From the NCBI GenBank assembly GCA_963812135.1, contig CAWETU010000001.1:1952001-2016000 (forward strand): a stretch of 64,000 bases of DNA. The letters run 5' to 3'. This DNA is from Vulcanimicrobiota bacterium (lineage in GTDB: Bacteria; Vulcanimicrobiota; Vulcanimicrobiia; Eremiobacterales; Eremiobacteraceae). The notes beneath the pieces are model-generated. The model was not told the origin of the DNA and did no database searches. It worked only from the letters and a program-made list of their open reading frames with translations. The number at the start of each line of letters is the position of its first letter. Position 1 is the stretch's first letter. The translations under genes and the position numbers were made by a program. Below are positions 23,687 to 34,100 of the stretch, piece after piece.

Positions 23687-25035
23687 TCACACAGTCCGTC
23701 GACGCGATCGTGATCGGCAGCGGCCAGGGCGGCGTGCCGTTCGCGGTCGATCTTGCGAACCAAGGCAAGAAGGTCGTCTTGTTCGAGCGCGGCCGGCTCG
23801 GCGGCAGTTGCGTGAATTACGGCTGCACGCCGTCAAAAGCGTTCTTGGCCGCGGCACACAACGCCGGGCGCGCGCGCCGCGCCGCGGTCCTCGGCATACA
23901 CGCGCAGGTGACGGTCGATTTTCCCGCGGTCATGGAACGCGTGCGCAGCGTGCGCGACGAGTGGACTGCCGGCGTCGGTGAGAAGCTCGACAAAGCCGGC
24001 GTGACCGTCGTGCATGCGGTGGCATCATTCGCAGGGGAGCGCACCGTCGAGGGCGGCGGCCAAAGCTTCGTCGCTCCGCTCGTCGTCATCGACACGGGCA
24101 CGACCGCACTCGTTCCGCCCGTATCCGGCCTGGCGGGCACGCCGTTTCTGAGCAATGAGAACTTCTTCGAATTGCGGCAGCTGCCCAAGCGATTTCTTGT
24201 GATGGGCGGCGGCTACATCGGCCTGGAGCTTGGGCAAGGCATGGCGCGGTTGGGTTCGGAGGTGCACATCATCGATCGCAACATGCGCGTGCTCGCGCAC
24301 GAGGAGGCCGGAGCGAGCGCAGCGCTCGAGAGCTCGCTGCTCATGGACGGCGTCATCCTGTGCCTGAGCGTCAACGTCACCCAAGTGGAATACGCCGGCG
24401 GCGTTTTCGCGCTCACGCTCGATGACGGCCGGCGGCTCGAAGCCGATGCGCTGTTGGTCGCGGTCGGCCGCAAGCCGAATAGCGATGCGCTCAACTGCGC
24501 CGCGGCCGGAGTCGAGCTCGACAAGCGCGGCATGGTGGTCGTCGACCAGCAGCTGCGCACGACGGCGCAGGGGATCTACGCGATCGGCGACGTCGCGGGC
24601 CAGCCGGCATTCACGCACGTCTCATGGGAAGACTATCGCCGGCTCAAGGACATCGTGAACGGCGGTACGCGTACGCGCGACGACCGCGTGCTCGGCTACA
24701 CGACGTTCACCGAGCCGCACGTGGCGCGCGTCGGCCTCACGAACGACCAAGCGCTTGCCAAAGGTTACGATACGCGCATGGTCACGATCGACATGGACTG
24801 GATCGCCCGCGCCGTGGAATGGGGCGAGACGATCGGGTTCTACCGATTGGTGGTCGACAAAGCGACCGACAAGATCCTTGGCGCAACGCTCGTCGGATAT
24901 GAAGCCGGCGAAATCGTCCACGTCATCCTCGCGCACATGGAAGCGGGCTCGACGTGGCAGGTGCTCGATCGATCCGTGCACATCCACCCGACCTACGCAG
25001 AAGGGTTGCCGACTCTTGCGCGTCAGCTGGCGTAG
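23683..25035 (+). CDS. Pyridine nucleotide-disulfide oxidoreductase (mercuric reductase/dihydrolipoamide dehydrogenase-like)
   Basis: GSGQGG, GGSCVNYGCTPSK redox disulfide, GGGYIGLE, HPTYAE; no MerA C-terminal CC pair. Confidence 0.9.
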
Positions 25036-25056
25036 CGCTGAGTCTTCTTCTCCATA

Positions 25057-26496
25057 ATGCGCGTGCTGTTCGTCTCGCCCGAGATCTATCCGATGGCGAA
25101 GACCGGCGGGTTGGGCGATGTGAGCGCCGCGTTGCCCGCTGCGCTCGCCGCTGAGGGCGTGGACGTGCGTCTCGTCATGCCCGCATATCCGTCGGCGCGC
25201 GACGCGGTGGTGAATGCGAAACCGGTGCGCCCGCTCGGCGACTTCGGCGCGCTCGGGCCAGCCGGCGCGATCGAAGCGATGACACCCGACTCCTCGCTGC
25301 CCGTCTGGTTGATCGACAGCCCCGATCTGTACGATCGCGGAGGCGGTCCATACCATGACGATGCCGGGCGAGAGTGGCCCGACAACTTCGAACGCTTTGC
25401 GCTGCTGTCGCGCGCCGCTGCGCGACTGTCGAGCTCGGCCTCGCCGTTCGACTGGTCGCCCGACGTCGTGCACGCCAACGATTGGCAGACGGGTCTCGTC
25501 GTAGCGCTGCTGCTCCCCGTGCCGTGGCGCCCGCGTCTGGTCTTCACGATCCACAATCTGGCGTTCCAAGGGATCTTTCCCCGCGAGCGCTACGCGCTGA
25601 CCGGTCTGCCGCAAGAGCTGATCGGCGTCGCCGGCATCGGGCACGGCGAAGGGATCTCGCTGCTCAAGGCGGGCGTCGAATTGGCGGACTGGGTCACGAC
25701 CGTCAGCCCGACGTACGCGCACGAGATCCAGACGCCGCAGTTCGGCGCCGGGTTTGAGACGATCTTGGCGGCGCGCGCGGAAAGTCTGAGCGGCATCCTC
25801 AACGGCGTCGACTATCGCGTCTGGAACCCGGCGCGAGATCCACACATCGCGCAGCCATACGACGCCGACGACTTGTCGGGGAAGGCAGCCTGTAAAGCGG
25901 CGCTGACCACCGCTTTCGGCCTCGCCGCCGCGCCGCGCGCGCCGCTGTTCGGAATCGTCAGCCGTTTGACCGAACAAAAAGGCTTGGACCTAGTGCCCGC
26001 CGCGGTCGAGCCCGCGCTCGCAGCGGGCGCGCGCCTGGTCGTCCTCGGACGCGGCGACGCGGGGATCGAGCAGCAGCTTCGCGATTTGGCCGCTCGCCGG
26101 CCAGACGCGGTGGCGGTGCGGACCGCCTTTGACGAGCCGCTCGCCCACGCGGTCGAGGCAGGCGCGGATATCTTCTTGATGCCGTCGCGCTTCGAGCCTT
26201 CGGGCCTCAATCAGATGTACAGCATGCTCTACGGCACGCCACCGGTCGTCCACAGGGTCGGCGGCTTGGCGGACACCGTCGTGGATGCTGACGTCGCGTC
26301 GCTGCACGACGAGAGCGCGACCGGTTTCGTCTTCGACGCGCCGACTGCTGAAGCGTTCGAGCAAGCCATCGCTCGCGCGCTCAGCCTGTTCTCCGATGCC
26401 GATCGATGGCGATCGCTGCAGCAGACGGGCATGCGAGCGGACTTCAGTTGGACGCGGTCGGCGCACGCGTACCTCGACCTCTATAACGCTCTTTAA
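25057..26496 (+). CDS. glgA: Glycogen synthase
   Basis: KTGGLGDV, HANDWQ, FTIHNLAFQG, SRLTEQKG, MPSRFEPSGLNQ. Confidence 0.96.
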   Translation: MRVLFVSPEIYPMAKTGGLGDVSAALPAALAAEGVDVRLVMPAYPSARDAVVNAKPVRPLGDFGALGPAGAIEAMTPDSSLPVWLIDSPDLYDRGGGPYHDDAGREWPDNFERFALLSRAAARLSSSASPFDWSPDVVHANDWQTGLVVALLLPVPWRPRLVFTIHNLAFQGIFPRERYALTGLPQELIGVAGIGHGEGISLLKAGVELADWVTTVSPTYAHEIQTPQFGAGFETILAARAESLSGILNGVDYRVWNPARDPHIAQPYDADDLSGKAACKAALTTAFGLAAAPRAPLFGIVSRLTEQKGLDLVPAAVEPALAAGARLVVLGRGDAGIEQQLRDLAARRPDAVAVRTAFDEPLAHAVEAGADIFLMPSRFEPSGLNQMYSMLYGTPPVVHRVGGLADTVVDADVASLHDESATGFVFDAPTAEAFEQAIARALSLFSDADRWRSLQQTGMRADFSWTRSAHAYLDLYNAL

Positions 26497-26597
26497 ATCG
26501 TCCTCTCACCAACTCTTAACGAGGTATCGCAGCGCGCCGAGCGGCGCCGGCGAAACATGCGGGCATGGTGCAACACCGTTCCCAAAGGGGAGAGCCT

Positions 26598-26948
26598 ATG
26601 CGCCGCACACTTCTCACAGCCATCTTCACCGGGTGCCTTTGCGTAGGAGCCGCCCTTCAGGCTGACGCGGCGCCGGTCGCTTTGCACTCGTTCGGCGTGC
26701 CGGCGATGGTGGCCGACGCTGACGATCGCTTCACGAGCGCCCGCGACGTGCAAGGCGTCGTCACGAGCTTCGACCGCTTCAACATGACGCTGCGCGTCAG
26801 CGGACGCGAGTATCCCGTGGTCCTGCATCAGGGCACGGTCATCCAGCCGCGCGGCACGACGCTGGCCCCGAGCATGATCGTGAACATCCAGGGCTACTGG
26901 CAAGCGGGCGCGTTCTACGCGAACCGGATCGTCGTAGTACGGTACTAA
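26598..26948 (+). CDS. Secreted hypothetical protein
   Basis: GGAG RBS, signal peptide, beta-rich LHQGTVIQPRGTTLAPSM segment. Confidence 0.7.
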   Translation: MRRTLLTAIFTGCLCVGAALQADAAPVALHSFGVPAMVADADDRFTSARDVQGVVTSFDRFNMTLRVSGREYPVVLHQGTVIQPRGTTLAPSMIVNIQGYWQAGAFYANRIVVVRY

Positions 26949-26979
26949 GCACTTTTCGCGGGTGCGATTGGGGGATCGT

Positions 26980-28845
26980 ATGAAACATTCTAAACACCCG
27001 ATCACACGCAGCGGCGCTCTGGCGTTTTGCGCCCTCAGCGCCGTCGCGCTGAGCATGACGGCGGCGCCGGCGCTGGCCGACGATGCGAGCGTCGCACGCA
27101 TCAGTCTGGTGAGCGGCACAGTGACGGTGCAGCGCGCCGATTCGAACGATGTGGTCGCCGCCGCGCTCAACGCGCCGGTGAGCGTCGGCGATTACGTCGC
27201 GACGAGCGACGGCGCTCGCGCCGAATTGCAACTCGACGACCAGAACGTGGTGCGCCTCGGCCCCGACGCCCAAGTGCGCTTCACGAATCTCGGCGCGCCG
27301 GCGAATCTGCTGCAGCTCGCGCAGGGCACGATCGAAATGCGCCCGCTGCAGATCACGTCCGGACGTCCGCAAGTCCAAACACCATCGGCGACGATCCAGC
27401 CGGATGTCGCGGGCCGATATCGAGTCGACGTCACGGGCGACGGCACGACGCTGCTCGCGGTACGCTCCGGCATCGCCGACGTGGTGACGCCGCAGGGCAC
27501 GCAGAAAATCGGCGCGGGCACGACCGTGCGCATCAGCGGCCAGTCTTCGGATCCGCAGATAAGCTCGGTTCAGAACATCGCCTATGACGATTTCGACAAT
27601 TGGAACAGCGAGCGCGACCGCTATGCGCTGTCCGGCGCGAACGAACCCTACGCTGACAGCGGCATGGTCGGCTTGTCCGATCTTGACGCCTACGGGCACT
27701 GGGTGAACTATCCGAGCTACGGCCAGGTGTGGGTGGCGAACAGCTATCCTTCCGGCTGGGCGCCGTATCAATACGGACGCTGGGTCTGGCAGCCGTATTA
27801 CGGATGGACGTGGGTCGGCTACGAGCCGTGGGGTTGGGCGCCATATCACTACGGCCGTTGGTTCTACGCCCCGCGCGTCGGCTGGGCGTGGTATCCGGGT
27901 CCGGTGTACGTCCGCCCGGTCTATCGTCCGGCGTTGGTCGCCTTCTTCGGATTTGGCGGCGGCGGCGGATTCTCGCTCGCGTTCGGCAACGTCGGCTGGG
28001 TGCCGCTGGCTCCATACGAGGACTATCACCCGTGGTGGGGTCCCGGCTACGGCCGCCGCCCGATCGTGTACAACAACGTCACGAATATCACGAACATCAC
28101 GAACATCACGAACATCACCAACGTGAATATCACGAAGGTCTACCGCAACGCGTCAGCCCCGCACGGCGTCGCCGTGGTGAGCCACGAGAACTTCACCAAC
28201 GGCAACATCTACCACTACGTGCCGGTCAAAGGCGGCGACCTCCAAAACGTGTCGCTCGTGAAAGGCGTCGTGCCGGTCGCGCCGACCAAACAGAACCTGG
28301 CCTTCACGCAAGGCGGACACGTGTCGAACCCCGTGCCGCTGTCGTCTCACTTCAAGACGCTGCCGGCGCCTGCCAAGCTGCCGCCGACGTTCGACCAACA
28401 ACGCTTGACCGCGCAGAACATCGTGCAACATACGTATCCGGCCGGCGTCACGAACACGAACACCGTTGCGAACCCGAACGCGATCACCAACGCGAACGGC
28501 ACCAATGGGACGACGCACACGACCGGCTCGCCATGGGATCGCTTCAACTCGAGCTCGACGAACGGTTCAACGCTCAACAGCAGCTGTTCGACACTCAACA
28601 AGGGTGCGGGCGGCACCAATAACACGAACGGCTACCACACGCTCAGCGCGGGCGCGAGTAAGGGTACGGTCAACCCGCCGAACAGCGTCAATTCGGTTAA
28701 CTCGGTAAACCCGGGCAACAGCGTGAACACCTACAAGCCGCCGAAATATCACTACACGAAGAAACCGGCGGTGGTGCACCCGCCGAAGCCGACGCCCAAG
28801 CATACGCCGCCGCCGAAACCGCCGCCGCCGCACGGCAACGGATAG
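26980..28845 (+). CDS. FecR-like N-terminus plus DUF6600 (Trp/Gly/Pro-rich) secreted protein with low-complexity tail
   Basis: VARISLVSG, GWAPYQYGRW, WGWAPYHYGRW, VGWVPLAPYE; Asn/Thr- and Pro/Lys-rich C-terminus. Confidence 0.85.
   Translation: MKHSKHPITRSGALAFCALSAVALSMTAAPALADDASVARISLVSGTVTVQRADSNDVVAAALNAPVSVGDYVATSDGARAELQLDDQNVVRLGPDAQVRFTNLGAPANLLQLAQGTIEMRPLQITSGRPQVQTPSATIQPDVAGRYRVDVTGDGTTLLAVRSGIADVVTPQGTQKIGAGTTVRISGQSSDPQISSVQNIAYDDFDNWNSERDRYALSGANEPYADSGMVGLSDLDAYGHWVNYPSYGQVWVANSYPSGWAPYQYGRWVWQPYYGWTWVGYEPWGWAPYHYGRWFYAPRVGWAWYPGPVYVRPVYRPALVAFFGFGGGGGFSLAFGNVGWVPLAPYEDYHPWWGPGYGRRPIVYNNVTNITNITNITNITNVNITKVYRNASAPHGVAVVSHENFTNGNIYHYVPVKGGDLQNVSLVKGVVPVAPTKQNLAFTQGGHVSNPVPLSSHFKTLPAPAKLPPTFDQQRLTAQNIVQHTYPAGVTNTNTVANPNAITNANGTNGTTHTTGSPWDRFNSSSTNGSTLNSSCSTLNKGAGGTNNTNGYHTLSAGASKGTVNPPNSVNSVNSVNPGNSVNTYKPPKYHYTKKPAVVHPPKPTPKHTPPPKPPPPHGNG
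28075..28134 (+). repeat. In-frame 9-bp tandem repeat encoding (NIT)n
   Basis: AACGTCACG AATATCACG AACATCACG AACATCACG AACATCACC AACGTG AATATCACG. Confidence 0.9.
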
Positions 28846-28849
28846 GGTA

Positions 28850-29218
28850 CTACAGACGAGGGCGCGCGGCCACCGCGCCGCGCGCATCGCCCGACGCCAG
28901 CGCTTCACCGACTAGGCCCGCGTACGCATCCATCATCTTTAGATCGATGGTGCTGCGCGCGTTCGCCGGGTTCGCAAGGCGCGTGCGCGCACGCTCGATC
29001 ATCGTGCGCGCTCCTTTGAGATTGCCGCGCTCGATGTGATGCAACGCGACCGCGAGCTGGATGAGCCCGCGCAGCCCATCGTCGCGGCGGCGGATCCACA
29101 GCCCCTCGAGCACCTCGTGCGCCATGAAAAAATCGCCGGCGTTCCAGCACTGCGCGAAGGCGGGTATTTCCGGTTCGTCGTCCAAGGTTCGGCTGATGTT
29201 CGGCATCGGTGTGGCCAT
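28850..29218 (-). CDS. DUF309 domain protein (start uncertain)
   Basis: WNAGDFFMAHEVLEGLW...GLIQLAVALHH.RGN.KGA motif. Confidence 0.88.
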   Translation of the reverse strand: MATPMPNISRTLDDEPEIPAFAQCWNAGDFFMAHEVLEGLWIRRRDDGLRGLIQLAVALHHIERGNLKGARTMIERARTRLANPANARSTIDLKMMDAYAGLVGEALASGDARGAVAARPRL

Positions 29219-29723
29219 GCACCCGTCACTTCAAGTCGTGACCGGCATGATCACGCCCGCGATCCTCATCCTCGCCGCGGGCTCGCTGGTGTCCGGCACG
29301 CTGGTGCGCGTCGGCCGGATCGTCGACAACATCCGTGCGCTGATCGCCCGAGGCGAGCTGATGCGCCGCGCCGGCAACGACAACGCCCTGCGCATCGTCG
29401 ACCGGCAGCTCGATTTTCTGCTGCGCCGCAGCGACCTAGCGCGCACCGCGCTCGTCTGCTATTACTCCGCCATCAGCCTGTTCTTGTTGTCGATCCTTTT
29501 CATCGGACTCACGCTGCTCCGCGTCATCAATCTGGATTGGCTTGGTCCTTCGATCGTGATGCTCGGCGGCGTCTTCTTGTTCGCCGGCTCGGCATGTCTG
29601 GTCATCGAGGTCAATATCTCGAGCGGATCAATGCGCCAAGAAGTGCAGTGGTACCGCATGTGCGCGTTCGACCCGCCCACCAGCCCGAAGTCCGAACCGC
29701 CTAGCGCGCCGGACTCGAACTGA
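29217..29723 (+). CDS. DUF2721-like membrane protein
   Basis: MITPAILILAAGSLV...RVGRIVD...LLRRS.L pattern, three TM segments. Confidence 0.75.
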   Translation: MHPSLQVVTGMITPAILILAAGSLVSGTLVRVGRIVDNIRALIARGELMRRAGNDNALRIVDRQLDFLLRRSDLARTALVCYYSAISLFLLSILFIGLTLLRVINLDWLGPSIVMLGGVFLFAGSACLVIEVNISSGSMRQEVQWYRMCAFDPPTSPKSEPPSAPDSN

Positions 29724-30156
29724 AGTCCGGCGTCGGCGCCGCCAGATTCAGGTTCGTCGACTGCAGCACGACCACGGTGCCCGTGCGCTGCATGTTCATC
29801 ACGATCACCTGCTTCTGGTAACTCTGGTCGACGATTTGCATCGTCACTTCCTTGACGCCGGCGAACGGCATCGCGACTTCTCGCTTGGTTTGCGGAAGCG
29901 CCTGCTCGTAATAGCGTTTCACGCTGTCGAAATCATCGGTCGTCTTGAAGGTCTCAGACACAACCGTCGTGGCTCCAAACTTTGAGCCCATCGTCATCTC
30001 TTGCGCCGTTAAGAGCGTCACGCCGCGCGGGTACATCGGCAGCCCGATGCGCTTGAGCACATCGGGGCCCGGCGCGATCGGGCGAGCCGACGTCGAACAG
30101 CCGGCGAGCAGCGCGCCCGCGAGCAGCACGAGCGCAAGCAATGCCTTGGTGTTCAT
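29701..30156 (-). CDS. Hypothetical lipoprotein
   Basis: LLAGC lipobox; GLPMYP and TTDDFDSVKRYY pattern. Confidence 0.75.
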   Translation of the reverse strand: MNTKALLALVLLAGALLAGCSTSARPIAPGPDVLKRIGLPMYPRGVTLLTAQEMTMGSKFGATTVVSETFKTTDDFDSVKRYYEQALPQTKREVAMPFAGVKEVTMQIVDQSYQKQVIVMNMQRTGTVVVLQSTNLNLAAPTPDFSSSPAR

Positions 30157-31037
30157 GCGTCAGCCTTTCCGAGCGCGTCAGCGCGCTCGACCACGTCGAG
30201 GATCGCCGGGTAGATCGTGTCCACCGGCAGCCTGCCGGTGAAGTTGTCGATGATGTCGTGCACCGGTGGTCCGTCAAACCATTCTTGCAGCACGTTCGCG
30301 CCGCGCTCTTGCCAGCGCTGGTACAAGAGCGTCGCAACGCTGTTGTTCACCGCCAGATCGTGCTCGTTCGCGAACAGCGCGCTCGCGCGCGCCTTAGGCG
30401 CTTGGCGCTTGGCGCGGCGCGACAATTCGCTGCCGATGCTCAATTGCGCGGCGATGATCCGGCTCGTGTACCGGGCATACGCGTAGGGCGGCGTCGCCGG
30501 ATTGTTCGCGCCGACGCGCGGGTCCCACCACATGAAGAAATTCGGCAAGAGATCGAGCGCGACGGCAACCACGCTATTGAGCGGGCCCGGCACCCCCTTG
30601 ATGCCCATAAACGGCGCGATCGCGGTCGCGCCGGCGATCGAGGTTTGCTCTCCCACCCACGCCGCGAGCACCCCGCCGAGCGAAATGCCCGCGACGTGGA
30701 CTCGGGCGCCCAGCCCGGCGGCGATCTGCGCCGCCGCCGCTGCGGCCGCCGTCAAGTCGTCGCGCGTGACGTCCTTGAGAGCGGTCGTCATCTTGTCTGC
30801 CATCCCGTGCCCGGGCAGCCGCGGGATGTACACGTTGAAGCCGGCATCGAAAAAGCGCTGTCCGATGGCGATGAACTGTCGCGGACAGTTGGTGAACCCG
30901 TGATAGAACGCGATCGCACGTTCCGCGCGACCCCCGCGATCGAGGAGCTGCGAATAGCAGCGCGGATCGACGCGCTTGTCCGTGCGCTCCGCTTCGAGAA
31001 TCGCTTCGAAGGCGGCGCGAGCCTCCGCGTAGGTCAC
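30153..31037 (-). CDS. Alpha/beta hydrolase (esterase/lipase-like)
   Basis: HGFTN oxyanion motif, RLPGHG, GISLGG nucleophile. Confidence 0.85.
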   Translation of the reverse strand: MTYAEARAAFEAILEAERTDKRVDPRCYSQLLDRGGRAERAIAFYHGFTNCPRQFIAIGQRFFDAGFNVYIPRLPGHGMADKMTTALKDVTRDDLTAAAAAAAQIAAGLGARVHVAGISLGGVLAAWVGEQTSIAGATAIAPFMGIKGVPGPLNSVVAVALDLLPNFFMWWDPRVGANNPATPPYAYARYTSRIIAAQLSIGSELSRRAKRQAPKARASALFANEHDLAVNNSVATLLYQRWQERGANVLQEWFDGPPVHDIIDNFTGRLPVDTIYPAILDVVERADALGKADA

Positions 31038-31194
31038 GACGGCGTGATTCGAACCGCTCTTGGACTTCTCTTGTGCACAGCGTTATCCGCAAGGATAGGC
31101 CATTCGGGCACTCGAACGGGCGGGCCAAACGTCAGCGTCTGTTTCGCAGCAGCGCCGCATTCGTTTTTCTGACACGCGCTTGGGGGATAGCAGC

Positions 31195-34100
31195 ATGTCA
31201 CTCGCAACTCGCATCGGGCTTCGCGCTAGCATTCTCATCACGGCGATCCTACTTGTCGCCGGCAGCGCGGGATATGCAGGCACGACCGGCAGCATCCGCG
31301 GCCGAACATACGACGCCACGTCGAAGGCGCCGATCGCAGGCGCCGACGTCACCGCGACGTCGCCATCGCAAACGGCAAAAGCGACGAGCAATGCGACCGG
31401 CGGGTACGTCTTCGTATCGCTCTCTCCAGACACGTACACGCTGACAATCGTCAAGACCGGCTTTAACACGACGAGCAAGTCCGGCATCACCGTGCTCGCC
31501 GACCAGGAGCAAGACGTCGACATCCCCATGCAGCGCGCGATTGCGACGCTCGGCCGGATCACCACCACGGCATCGAACGACCTTCTCAAGCCCGGCACGA
31601 CCAGCGACGTCTATTCGATCAACTCGTCGACCGCAGCCGCTTTGCGCGCGCTCGGCGGACCAGGCGGCGTCGATCAGGCGTATAGCGCGATGGCCGCGGT
31701 GCCGGGCATCAACCTGCCGCAAGGCCAGCAGGGCTGGTACCAGACCGTCTACATCCGCGGCGGCGATCAGGACCAAGTGGGTTGGGAACTCGACGGCATC
31801 CCCGCAAACCGCTCGTATGACAACGCGCCGATGACGATGGTCTCGAACATCGGCCAGCAAGAGCTGCAAGTGTACACCGGCGGCACGCTTGCGACGGCCG
31901 ACGCGTCCGGCATCGCCGGCTACGTCAACCAGGTCATCAAGCGCGGCACGAATCCGCCCTTCGCGGATATCGTCGTCGGCATCGGTTTCCCGTCGTACTA
32001 TAACAAAGCCAGCGTGGAGTTCGGCGGCGTCGGCGGCCGCTTCTCGTATTACGGCGGCTTCGCGGCCGTCAATCAGAACTACCGCTACATCAACAGCAGC
32101 AACGGCGCGGGCACGGGCGGATACTTCTATCCGCTCAACGTTCCGACCGGCTCGGCCGGCGTGTATGCGGGCGGCACCGCCACGTTCGCGCCCGGCCAGT
32201 CGTACGGCATCTATCAGACGCGCGATCGCGAGAACGTCGTGAACCTGCACTACTCGCTGCCGCACGGCGTGAACAGCGACGACATCCAGTTCCTGTATTT
32301 GACGAGCGAGCTGTGGGCCTACTACTATAGCTCGATCGACGACCTCGGCGGACCGACTCAGGTGAGCACGACCAACGGCGGACAGCCGATCCCGTGGTCG
32401 GACGGCACCGTCTACAACGGCCCCGTGTACAAGCCGGTCAACACTTCGGTGAGCCTGTACCCGACGTACATCTTCCCGAGCTCCGCGATGCACCAGCCGT
32501 TCAGCGCGCTGCCGGAGACGATTCGCGACGGCAACGACAACGGCGTCGCCATCACCAAGCTGCAGTATCAGCGCAACTTCGACAGCCGCTCGTATCTGCG
32601 CATCTTCGGCTACACGCTATACTCGAATTGGTTCATCAACGGTCCGGTGAGCGCGTTCTTGCCGTTCGGCGCGGAAGTCGCCGACTACGAATTGCCGCTG
32701 CACCAATACGGCGCGAACATCACGTACTCGAATCAGCTCAGCGACCAGCACTTGCTGACCGCTTCAGCGTTCTGGACGTATGCGGGCGTTCAGCGCTACT
32801 CCAGCACCAATGGCTTCCCCGGCTCGAGCCCCTTCCGGCCGATCACCAACTACATCGACGCCGCAGGCAATTGCTACAACGCGGCCGGCAATATCGCGAG
32901 CTGCTTCGACAGCGCCAATCGCGGCTTTCCGATCTCGGCCGCGCCGGGCGCGCCCAATAACCCGATGCCGTTCACGGCGCCGGGCGGTTCACCCGCAGCG
33001 CTCGCAGGCGCGCAATGGGTCGTCACCGAGAACGGCTATCGGGCCAACCTGAACCAAGTCGATCCGGAAACCACGGCGCTCGCCATCAGCGACAATTGGA
33101 AGGCCAGCGATCGCATGACGATCACGCTCGGCGCGCGCGAGGAAAAATACGTGTTCCAACTGCCCGACACGGTGGACGGCTATCCGGCGCGGCCCTTCTG
33201 GTTCGCGGCCTACAACCGCGAGTTTTGCGTGGTGCCGGGGGTGCTCACCCCACAGCGCAAGGCCAATCCGGCCGAAACCTGCGCGGCCGATTTCCCGGGC
33301 AGCACGCCGGTCACGCTGACCAATCAGAGCGGCGGCAGTCTGACGCACGCGGTGTTCGAGCCGCGCTTCGGCATCACGTACGCAGCCGGTCCGTCCGACG
33401 TGTTCCGCGGATCGTGGGGCATCTTCGCGCGGCCGCCCGATTCGCGCGACGCCGCGTACAACACCGTCCAGCAAGATCTCGCGACGTTCGTCGGCGTCAA
33501 TCTCGTGCCGTACGGTTACACGTCGCCGCAGCACGACATCAAGCCCGACACCTCGAGCAACGCCGACCTCTCGTGGGAGCATGCTTTCCGGGATAGCGAT
33601 GTGAGCTTCAAACTCACGCCGTTCTACCGGAGCACGCAGAACCAGCTGCAGCAGTTCGTGCTCAATCCGCTCACGGGATTGTTCGGCAGCCTCAACGTCG
33701 GCACGCAGACGTCGACCGGCGTCGAGTTCGCGCTCAATAAAGGCAACTTCAGCCGCGACGGCTGGTCGGCGCAGCTCGCTTACACGTACATCCACAGCAC
33801 GATCAAGTACTCGAACTTCCAGAACGGACGCAACGTCATCGACAACCTGAACACGTACATCACGCAGTACAACGCCTACACGCAAGGCTGCGTCGGACTG
33901 ACGACGCCGACCTGTTCGGCGACGGGCGCGCCCAGCGCGCTCGCGTTCCCCTGTTTCACCGCGGGCGTCGGCCACAACGGCGTGTGCGCGCCTGGCGACG
34001 TCACCAATCCGTACTTCACGATGGCGACGCAGCCGCTGTTCGATCGCAACGGGGCGTACACGACCTACGACCTCATTCCCGCGCCGTTCTTCGCGGCCAA

